Part shown: piece by piece, positions 48,708 to 59,030 of the stretch
How positions within the stretch are numbered: the stretch's first letter is position 1
Layout: each line of letters begins with the position of its first letter
NCBI GenBank assembly: GCA_022813865.1
Contig: JALDZX010000001.1
Location: 558,001 to 622,000, forward strand
Source of the DNA: Xylographa opegraphella
Lineage: Eukaryota
Direction of reading: 5' to 3'
DNA length: 64,000 bases
Program-made: the position numbers and the translations under genes
Notes under the pieces: generated by a model
The model's database searches: none
What the model was told of the DNA's origin: nothing
The model's input: the letters and a program-made list of their open reading frames with translations, nothing else

Positions 48708-49081
48708 TTATCCTTCTTCGTGGTGCTACTTATACCTCGAGAGGTAATATATGTGCTAATGGAACTTGCTTGTTTGGGTGACTCAAAGAGTAGTATCGTT
48801 TGGCTTGTTGTATTTACTTAATGAGCATATCATATCCAATACTTGTAGGAAAGACAAATTGCATGAAGACTCCGATCCAAACGAATCTAGTCATCAATTA
48901 CAATCTTTCCTTATCCCAACAACACCTTAGACGTACGCCATCTTTACTTCGAAGACCTATCCACACCTAACGCCCTTCATGACAGCTGCAAGTATCTTAA
49001 AAAGGACCGTTCTCTCTGTCGCCGTTACCTCGACATCGACGGGTCGGCTGAACCCTCCGATGACAAATGGCAAGGTTCTAG

Positions 49082-49273
49082 TTGTGGAGAACGCTTTCTT
49101 GCTCTAAATGCGACAGCGGCAGTCGATCGGTTCGTTCTGGGTGTGCTTCGGCGCCGTGCCAAGGGCAAAGAGCTATGGTGACAACGTGGGAACAATGGGA
49201 TAGTTGGTATAGCATCATAGGCATGGTGGCTTGTAATTACTCTAGACATAGACGCTGCAGGTACGGTACATAG
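49082..49273 (+). pseudogene. Decayed zinc-ribbon motif copy
   Basis: CSKC ... VACNYSRHRRCRYG, with TCT and GGT at Cys positions; no ATG upstream of the motif. Confidence 0.3.
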
Positions 49274-50143
49274 CCTACCTTTTATCAAAGAAAGTTGGTG
49301 CGATTTGATAATTGAGTAAGCGGAATACAATACTGCGGATTCTAGTGCATATTTTCACATCACAGTAAATTATATGGAACTTCACGAATGGAGTGCTCTC
49401 GATGTGTCGCATTATGCATTGAACATGCCCATCGTCAAGGAACCAAGGTTCTTGATCACACCTCTGATATATGAGGCGTGTGGTGTGCTAGTATGCTCTG
49501 AGTATGGGATTCGGAATACTGAGTTCTGTATTATGGTTGGATTTCCAGTCTCAGAATAATGGTCTAATGTTCAAACATGAATTTATTGTTCAAACTCCCA
49601 TCAGCTCAGCCCCTGTCCGATATGTCAAGAAAACAACCACGCACGTATGCATGCATCACATTCGGTCTGTATTATTCTTCAAGTTGGAAATCAGCTTCTA
49701 GCAAACGGCTAATCATCCAAATTGACATTATCTCTTATGCGCGAACATTCTCGATGTTGTAACTCTCCCACCTCAGGTACGCCCAGGGGTCAAAGGTAAC
49801 TCAGTGGTACTGCACGCTTGAATGTGACCTTGAGAATTTGGCGGGTGGGGCTGTCACAACTGCTGAGGGTATAAGAGGTTATACCAGCTCCAGGGTCGCA
49901 GCCTGTTCATCGGGCTTTTCGGGGGTGGATGGACGCGAAGGACGCGTTTCGGGGAGCATGCTTGTGAGAAGTACGAGTGGATGGAGTGGTGCGTATGAGT
50001 GGAGCAGGTTATCTTTCAAAAAGATGGGGTAGAGAATTAAGGGATTGATTATACAGTCTGGGGGTTGTGGTGGTGGATCAAGTTAATGCCAAATTAGAGT
50101 ATGGAAGCAGATGATAGAGATCTCATTTTGACTAAATTTCTCG

Positions 50144-50270
50144 CGATATATTATGAGGCTGTCAGATTAGGGAATCATGTTCTAGAAACATTACAAGCAA
50201 GACCCCTCGATGTATTATGAGGCTGTCAGATTAAAGAAGTCATGTCGTAGAAACATGAGAAACAAGCAGA
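50144..50270. repeat. Imperfect tandem duplication with a 64-bp period
   Basis: TATTATGAGGCTGTCAGATTA at 50149 and 50213, each followed by ..TCATGT..TAGAAACAT..ACAAGCA. Confidence 0.85.
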
Positions 50271-50346
50271 ATAATATGTTCAACATGCAACAGGAAAGAC
50301 TCACCTAGACTGACTTACTATGTCTGACTCAGCCAGCCTGTTTCAT

Positions 50347-50763
50347 TCAGACTCGCCTCAGTTTCCCCTTTCCCAGCCGGGCAGCGGCAGCGGCCTTCGC
50401 CTGGGCTGCCTGACCACGTTCTGACGCATTCTTATGATCTTGGGCTTCGGCTTTGCGTTTCTTCTCCAGCGATTTTTCGTGATCGGCTGCGAGTCGCTTG
50501 GCCGCTATAGCCTTCCGATCCTGTTATCAAGCGCGCTTGACGCGTTCTTCGGTCATCGCCAGATCGGGCTTTGCTTCCCACTTGCGTGCTCGTTCTTCTT
50601 CGATTCGGCTGGGGTTGTCTTCGCGTGCACGGGCTCGAGCTTCCTTTGCGCTGAAGTGGAGTTGCTTCCTGGTCGGCGACACGAGGGTAAACTCTGCTTC
50701 TTCCGCCGCGGCGGTCGAAGTGAAGGTCGTGCAGGGCACGACTGTTGAAGGAGGGTCTATCAT
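50347..50763 (-). pseudogene. Ala/Arg/Lys/Glu-rich helical orphan protein with two adjacent internal stops
   Basis: ATG 50763; ..EERVKRA-TGA-TAA-QDRKAIAAKRLAADHEKSLEKKRKAE..LRRV-TGA; same composition on both sides of the stops (50529-50524). Confidence 0.55.
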
Positions 50764-51666
50764 GTCGGTTGTGAAAAGAAAGTTCTAAATCGAGGGTTCT
50801 GGTGTGCAAATTCTGATAGAGGATTTGTTGATTGTTTGTACTGAGCTGCTAGATCGAGTGCTGTGGAAGAGTGTTTGGTTGGATCTTGATATGCAAGAGG
50901 ACGCAAAGATCTGAGGAAATATATATACCTCTGGAATAGGTCCGGCCTATACAACAACAAGCATTGTCCAGCATAGGAGCAATACACAAGGACATTGTTG
51001 GCAAGAACAACAATTGCAGGATGATCTTTGTCTAAGAACAAATGATGTAGGATATGGCGAGACTTGTGAACGTCGAGCAATAGATTTCTTTACGAGCCGA
51101 GTGGGGTACGGAATTCGTAAGTACAATGGCCATAAGTTTGTTGAAAGAACATCGGAGGATCTAGACAAGAGCTCTTTGTGCTTGCGCAATCTTTCAATGA
51201 AAACAAGGAATCGGTACAGAACACTCCCAGACACGCAGAATACGATAGGCGAAATTAGTGGTAGAATACACTCCAGACAAATTAAAACCATTATTAGCAA
51301 TATAGTAACACGGCCAAGGCAGAGACTGCAAATAAGATTTTGGTCTATGAATTCAAAGCAAAAAGAGGAAGCTGGCAGATTTAGCCTTGAGTATCTTCTG
51401 CAAGTAGTGTCTAACATACCTCTTAACTGCGATTTGGATGTTGCATCGGCATCCAAAGCAACCGAAGTAGCCATTCGTAATCAAGCAACTTCAAGCATTG
51501 ATCGGAACACGTAAAGGCAAACACGAAGCGTCTGTCAGCAAGTTACTGAGTAACTCGAGGACAAATTGCCCACACATATAGGTGAAAGGATCAGCTTTAA
51601 CTTAATGCTAGATAAAAGTGCAACGCCGCCACCACCATCCCTCGCTGTTTCCCAATGCATGACCCT

Positions 51667-53802
51667 CTAGTATGTTCTCTTGAAAGGAGCCACTGGCTTG
51701 CACTCATTTTCATCCAGAGTGGTTCCAACAACTGCCCGATAACCAATCTCCACCTTGTCCTGTGGCTTTCTTTGAAAGGTTAACGAGTGCTTCATCCATT
51801 CCTTGTCGTCTCGCTCAGGAAAGTCCTCACGGGCATGGGCTCCTCGGCTTTCCTTCCGGTTTGCAGCTGCTTCCGCGGTCTGTACCGCGCAAGTGAGTAG
51901 GTTCCTTAACTCAAGTGTTTCTACCAAATCGCTGTTCCATATCATGCTCCTGTCCTTTGTTCCAACATCTGCGAAAGACTGGTCAACGTCTTTGATCTTG
52001 CGAACACCTTCATCGAGAGATTCTTGCGTGCGGAAGACGGAGACATCGGTTTGCATGACCTTCTGCATAGCACTTCGGATTTCGTTCGTGGGCTTCGAAC
52101 CCGAGGCTCTTCGGACTTGGTCAAGGACACTGATAGTATCTGCACCAGCATCGGCACTGATCGCTTCATGGGGTTTTCCAGGCGTGTGATTGTCACGTAT
52201 TGTGTGAGAAACAGCACGACCGAAAACGATTAGATCAAGAAGAGAATTTGCTCCAAGGCGATTGGCGCCATGGACAGACACGCAAGCAGCCTCTCCACAT
52301 GCAAAGAGACCTGGCACAACCTTGTCATTGCCAGCATCATCAACAGTGAGGACTTCACCAGTGTACTTTGTAGGTATACCACCCATATTGTAGTGGACCG
52401 TGGGCAGTACCGGAATAGGTTGCTTCCGAACATCCACACCGGAGAAAATGGACGCTGTTTCGGAGATACCCGGAAGACGCTCGTGTAGAACCTCAGGCGG
52501 TAAATGACTGAGCTGAAGGTAAATGTGGTCCTTATCAGGGCCCACACCACGACCCTCGCGAATCTCCATGGTCATCGACCGAGACACGACATCTCGACTT
52601 GCGAGATCCTTGGCTGTAGGTGCGTATCGCTCCATAAATCTTTCACCTTCCGAGTTGAGGAGGTATCCACCCTCACCACGCGAACCCTCGGTAATGAGGC
52701 AACCAGCGCCATAGATACCGGTAGGGTGAAATTGGACGAATTCCATATCCTGGTTGGGTAATCCAGCTCGAGCAACCATCGCCATTCCATCACCTGTACA
52801 AGTATGTGCTGATGTACAACTGAAGTATGCTCGACCATATCCCCCAGTAGCCAGGACAGTATTATGTGAGCGGAATCGATGTAAAGTGCCGTCTTCCTGG
52901 TTGTATGCGATAACGCCTTTACATTCGCCATCTTCCATAATCAGGTCGAGTGCGAAATACTCGATGAAATAGTTAGTGTTGTGCCGAAGTGATTGTCCAT
53001 AGAGTGTATGTAAAAGGGCGTGGCCTGTACGATCTGCTGCTGCACAGCATCGGTATGCTTGGCCACCTTTGCCATATTTCTGGGACTGTCCTCCGAATGC
53101 TCGCTGATAGCTAGGAAAATATTAGAAGCGACTGGTTGTGACCGATGAGGAGATACTGACATTTTACCATCCTCAGTTCTTGAAAATGGGCAACCATAGT
53201 TTTCGAGTTCAATGACACTTTGGGGTGCCTCCCTTGTCATGTAATGGATCGCATCTTGGTCGCCTAGCCAGTCAGACCCTTTTACTGTATCGTACATGTG
53301 CCATCTCCAGTCATCCTCATGCATACTAGGAAACATTAGCAAGAGGAATGCCCTACGTTTGCTAAAGTACTTACTTTCCAAGAGCAGCATTGATTCCTCC
53401 TTGAGCAGCTACCGTATGACTTCTTGTAGGAAAGAGTTTTGATATACACGCTGTATTAAAGCCAGCCTCAGCAAGGCCAAAGGCTGCTCGCAGACCTGAT
53501 CCGCCAGCGCCAACGACGAGGGCATCATACTCGTGGTCCTAACACAATCAGTGGTGGTTTCAAGTAGAGGGGCCTTCAGGTACGTACTATGACCGGGTAG
53601 TCATGAGAGACAAATGGGGACGCCTCCTTTGCTCGTAGTGGCTGGTTTGCTATTATTCGAGACGCTGATCTTGTGGACGAGAACAGTCTTCGGGAAGACC
53701 TTGAGAGCTATTGTATACTATATCAGTCTACTGACTTCATCGCTGCAGGAACAGCCTTACCTTGGAAGCGGAAGCAAAGTTGCGCATGCCCAAGACACTC
53801 AT
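51667..53802 (-). CDS. sdh1: Succinate dehydrogenase flavoprotein subunit
   Basis: Presequence [37 protein letters not shown] (FAD-His), [29 protein letters not shown]; four introns in the 5' part. Confidence 0.97.
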
Positions 53803-53916
53803 GATTGTGTGAATTGGAGAGAGACAATGGTAGTGTGGGGTTGAAGGAGAAAGAGGCGTGCAAAGGCGAAAGGTGTTTGTAGTCCAACCCAAATGGTGAG
53901 ATAATCGGGTCTAGTG

Positions 53917-53947
53917 CCGAGGCTGTTTCGGCCAATCAGATGCGGGG
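53917..53947. promoter_or_regulatory. sdh1 promoter: CCGAGG, CCAAT box and SYGGRG (CreA-type) site
   Basis: CCGAGG 53917, CCAAT 53932, GCGGGG 53942, 115-145 nt upstream of the ATG; short motifs only. Confidence 0.35.
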
Positions 53948-54450
53948 TGCCCAGAAACACCGGCAGTCATCCGTGAGAGACTTTGCCTAACCTCCGTACA
54001 GATCTCACTCTAAGTAGGTACCTTAGGTAAGTAGGAAAGTGGTCAGGAAAACCATGGCTGCCATTCACAACAACAAATTCTGCTAAAAGCGGATCACGTT
54101 TGCGCCGTCCTCATCTTGCCCTTTTGGTGCAGCGATCAATGGTTGTCGCATGTAAAACCACAATAAAGGGCTTGATGATAATGTTTATTTAAGCTGGACA
54201 TTCAACCGTCCGACATCTGATGTATGACAAAGTCGTTCAGCACAACAAGCTACCTATGCATGCCGACTGAAATCTCCATCCATCGACAGATACACTCTTG
54301 AAGCCAGGCGACCACATGATCCAGGTCATCCTGCCTCCTTGGATTGGTACAGTTCCGCGACGCCCGCCATATGCAACTCTATGCTGATTGACGCCATATG
54401 ATAGTACAATACCAAAGACGCACCCTAACCACATGCTGCGAATGATCTCT

Positions 54451-55947
54451 TCAATTGTACTGCATATATGTCGCTGTAGAGTTGAATTTCAAGTTGCCCT
54501 TTATCACCTTGTCGACGGCGGCCAAGAAGTCTTTCTCTGTCGCAACCTTTCTTCTCGCCCGGATAGCAAACATTCCTGCTTCCGTAGCGACGCTTCTTAA
54601 TTCCGCTCCAGTTGAGTTAGGACACAACCTTGAGATCAGCTCCCACCGGATGTCGCGTTCAACAGACATGCTCTTGGCGTGGATTCGTAATATGTTCGCT
54701 CGCCCTTCCAAGTCGGGTAATGAGAATTCGATCTTGCGGTCGATTCGGCCTGGACGCATGAGTGCTGGATCTAAAGTTGACGGCCTATTTGTAGCAAACA
54801 TGACTTTAATATTGCCTCGTGAGTCAAAGCCGTCGAGTTGCGTGATGAGCTCCAGCATTGTTCGTTGTACCTCGTTGTCACCACCTGCTCCATCATCAAA
54901 TCTTGCTCCACCGATGGCATCAATCTCATCGAAAAAGATGATGCATGCTTTCTTGGTCCGTGCCATTTCAAACAACTCTCGCACCATTCGTGCACCCTCT
55001 CCTACATACTTCTGCACTAACTCACTTCCGATCACACGAATAAAGGTCGCATCAGTTCGATTGGCGACCGCACGAGCGCAGAGTGTCTTTCCCGTTCCAG
55101 GAGGACCGTAAAGAAGTGCTCCCTTAGGAGGATCTATACCAAGGCTAACAAAGCGTTCTGGTGATAGTAAAGGCATCTCGACGACTTCACGCAGTTTCTC
55201 TATCTGGTCCTTGCAGCCACCAACATCTCCATACGTAACGTCTGGCTTGTCTTCCACTGTCATCATGGTAACACTGGGATCGATCTTAGGAGGTAGTGGA
55301 AGCAATATCTCGTATTTGTTTCGGTCAACACTTCAAACCTGTGAGCCCATACTGCTTTCTCTAAAAGTTCTTGTGGCAGCAAAGTGAACATACCCAACAC
55401 GCATGCCTTCCTCGATATCCGTCGGACTGACTCTCTCACCAAGCTTGACAACGAACTTTGCTATTTGTTTGACATTGATGACATACTTGCTTTTGTCCGG
55501 ATCCTCCTCATCTTGAATGATCTTTGTGCATCTGGCGACCTGGAGGGGATGATCCTCAGACATGCGTTGCCTGTCAGCGGCGATATCCCACAGATGCGGA
55601 GGAGCGAGACCAGTATCTGATTCCTGTAATCGTATGAGTAGCTGAAACTAGGTGAGATCATAGTTACAATGGGTGTACCTTGACGCCTGTTGCAAGTTAG
55701 TACTTTTACATCTTCTGAGGGTCAGAAGAGTAGTATAGGACTTACCAATCTTTTCATTAACGCTGGTCTGCTTCTCTTTGATCTGCTTTTCGAGCCGTTT
55801 AAGTCCGGCAGCGTACGGGGCAGCACCATATGTCTTCAGTACTTGAATATCCTCATCCGTTAAAGGTGTTATCTTTTTCTCTGGCTCCTCGTCATCGGCG
55901 AATTCCTTCTTGTACTTCTCCCAGTTCTGACCAGTAGCACTGGGCAT
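54451..55947 (-). CDS. rpt1: 26S proteasome regulatory AAA-ATPase subunit 7
   Basis: [52 protein letters not shown]; 8-nt microexon 55686-55679; intron 55393-55331. Confidence 0.97.
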
Positions 55948-56289
55948 CGTTCAGGTTGACGGTATGGGAATCGAAGGAAGAAGAGTATAAGAGACAAGTA
56001 GTAGCTGCTGATGGACTGAGGTGAATCTGATGCAGCTAAAACGTGGTGTTCGAGGTCGATGCTGGTCGCAAGGTTGTTATGGGGTTGACTGGAACCGGGA
56101 TGAAGGAAGCTCGGACCAAGTGAGCCTAGCGGCGGTTCGCGACTCTAGATTTTGGAGCTTGAACGCGACTCAAAAATTTGGCTGGTAGTTAGCGAAGTTA
56201 CGATTTTGATGAATGACGTTCGTGGAAGCCTACTTTGAATCTGAAGCTCCATATCCTCCTAGTATATTGTTCAAGATTCCTCCACCATC

Positions 56290-58312
56290 ATGGCCACAGC
56301 CTTGACTGCCAGCAATTCGGGTAACAATGCCTTCAAGGTACAGATCTAACATCAAGTTACTGCAATGCACTGACCACGGAACCAGGACAAGGAGAAGCCT
56401 ATGGCTGTTCGAAACGCCAATATTATGGCAGCTCGAGGTACAAGCTTCCTAAAACCACCCCCGACTTTGAAAAAGCTAACTTCCTTAGCTGTTGCGGATG
56501 CTATACGGACTGTAGGATGAATATCGCTTTATGTGGCTCTATACGCTCTATCACTAACATACCGGATTGCAGTCTTTAGGACCTCGAGGAATGGATAAAA
56601 TGGTATGCTAGTGGTCTAAGTAATTTACGTCCGATATCTGACGGTCGATCCAAAGATCCAAACGGGGAAAGGACAAACAATTATAGTGGGTGTCGTCTGA
56701 GATAGTAGAAACGGTACCCAGGCTGACATAACGCAGACTAATGATGGAAACACAATGCTGAAGGACATGAGTGTTATGCACCCTGCGGCAAAGATGCTTG
56801 TGGACCTTAGTGCTGCGCAGGACGTTGAAGCTGGAGATGGAACTACATCAGTGGTAGTAATTTGTGGAAGCCTTCTTGGAGCAGCCGATAGACTTCTTTC
56901 GAAAGGTTTTGTCTCCAAAGTGATGTATCTGCTTCCGCAGCTTATATTTGGCAGGCATACATCCTACAGTCATATCTGAGTCCTTTCAGAGAGCCGCCGC
57001 AGCTGCTGTCACGGTCCTCGAGGACATGTCGATCCCTATATCCCTATCTGACCGATCGACTCTGCTCCAAGCTGCGTCGACATCGCTTTCATCTAAAATT
57101 GTATCTCAACATTCAAATCTCCTAGGCCCTATGGCTGTAGATGCCGTGCTCAAGACCATAGATCAGAAAACTGCTGATAATGTAGACCTCAAGAACATAA
57201 GGATCATCAAAAAGGTTGGCGGAACAATAGAGGACAGTGAGATGGTCGATGGCTTGGTTCTAAATCAGCAGGTTCTCAAAAGCGGTGGCGGACCTGCTAG
57301 GATGGAGAAGGCACGAATAGGACTGATTCAATTTCAACTCAGTCCTCCAAAACCAGATGCATGTGGAACCCTAAGCAAGCATTTATGACCCAGATCATGC
57401 TGACTGTGCATAGATGGAAAACCAAATTGTGGTGAATGACTATCGTCAAATGGACAAGATCTTGAAAGAAGAGCGGAAATACCTTCTGGATATCGTCAAG
57501 AAAATCAAGAAAGCGAAATGCAACGTTTTGCTAATCCAGAAGTCTATCTTAAGAGACGCCGTGAACGATTTGAGTCTTCATTTTCTCGCGAAACTGAATA
57601 TACTTGCTGTGAAGGACATCGAGCGAGACGAGGTTGAATTTATATGCAAGGTATGACCCTGCTATCGTGTGTGTATTGCTCAACCCACTTATTTTCCTAG
57701 TCTACTGGTTGTAAGCCAATAGCAGATATAGATTCCTTCACAGAGGATAAGCTCGGTTCTGCAGAGCTCATTGAAGAAGCTCAGAGTTCGGGCTCAAGAA
57801 TAGTGAAAGTTACAGGGGTGACTCACAAGTCGGCAGGACAAACAGTATCAATTGTCTGCCGTGGAGCTAATCACTTAATCCTGGACGAAGCGGAAAGAAG
57901 TCTGCACGACGCACTCTGTGTGATAAGGTGCTTGGTGAAGAAAAAAGCCCTTATCGCAGGCGGTGGGGCACCTGAAATCGCTATAGCCCAAGCACTGAGT
58001 CACAAGTCGCAAAGCTTACCTGGAATGGAAGCTATATGTTGGAAAGCATTTGCTGACGCCATGGAAGTCATTCCCACTACGCTCGCAGAGAATGCTGGCC
58101 TAAACAGCATCAGAGTGGTCACAGATCTACGGCATAGGCATGAGTTTGGAGAAAAGAACGCTGGTGTCAGTATACGAAGTGGAGGTGTGAAGAATAACAT
58201 TGCCGATGAGAACGTACTGCAACCATTATTAGTGAGCACGAGCGCTGTTGAGCTGGCAGCAGAAACGGTAAAGATGATCCTTCGGATCGATGATATAGCG
58301 CTATCAAGGTAG
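56290..58312 (+). CDS. cct4: T-complex protein 1 subunit delta (CCT/TRiC)
   Basis: [57 protein letters not shown]; eight introns including GC-AG intron 57359-57413. Confidence 0.96.
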
Positions 58313-59030
58313 ACAGGAAATCTAACCAAGTATTTCCGATGCCATGACTTTGCCACCACTCTGTCGTAGCCATCCGCTGGTTTGCAACCAGTGATTCATC
58401 AACTGAAACTGAACGAAACAAGATCGGATCCCCCCCTGCACCATCCAAAGAGTACATTCTGCTTCACTGCCATATGACGGAGCTCGCATCCGGCCATTTC
58501 ATGCTTAGTCCACTTGGTGTTCCATGAATCGTCCTGTTTCCTGCACCTATCGTGAAGAGTTCTGTATTGTATGTATCCACTTGGGGTCACGTCTTCAGGC
58601 GTTGCAGACAGACAATGTCTGAAACCGAATGTACTTTTGTTGTTCAATAGTCAGCCATGTTATTTTGCAACGCCGACTGGGATCCAATCACGGCTTTCCC
58701 AAGCCAACACAATAAGAGAGTTAGATCACCGGCGTTGTTTACAAAATATCAGGTATCCATCAGAGCCTCCTAAGCCTTGTTGTACAATTTACCACGCGAT
58801 CAACGGCCGGGTGGGTGACTGGCCCCTGTGCCGATAGTGCGACCTTAAGGTACCTTAGTCATTTTAGCGGCCCGCGTCGCATCGCATTATTATTTGACAC
58901 GGGCCACCTTGCCACTTCGATTGTCTATTCAGCCTTAGGGGATTCGTGTCGCCCAAAGCTGTCATGATTCCTTTGTAGTATTTCGGCTTGCCCCTTCATC
59001 CGTGTATCTGCTATACTTCACTTCGAAAAT

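Noticed and set aside
49500..49960. Minus-strand protein-like fragments with several stops
   Set aside because: Too degraded to support a call.
50947..51514. Overlapping 175-aa (-) and 166-aa (+) ORFs
   Set aside because: No domain or coding-like composition; neither strand is favoured.
42900..51600. Transposon or Starship-type element as the cause of the gene-poor island
   Set aside because: No transposase, reverse transcriptase, tyrosine recombinase, TIRs or LTRs seen.
58349..58357. TTTGCCACC (yeast Rpn4 PACE element)
   Set aside because: Lies in the cct4 3' UTR, not in a proteasome promoter; likely chance.
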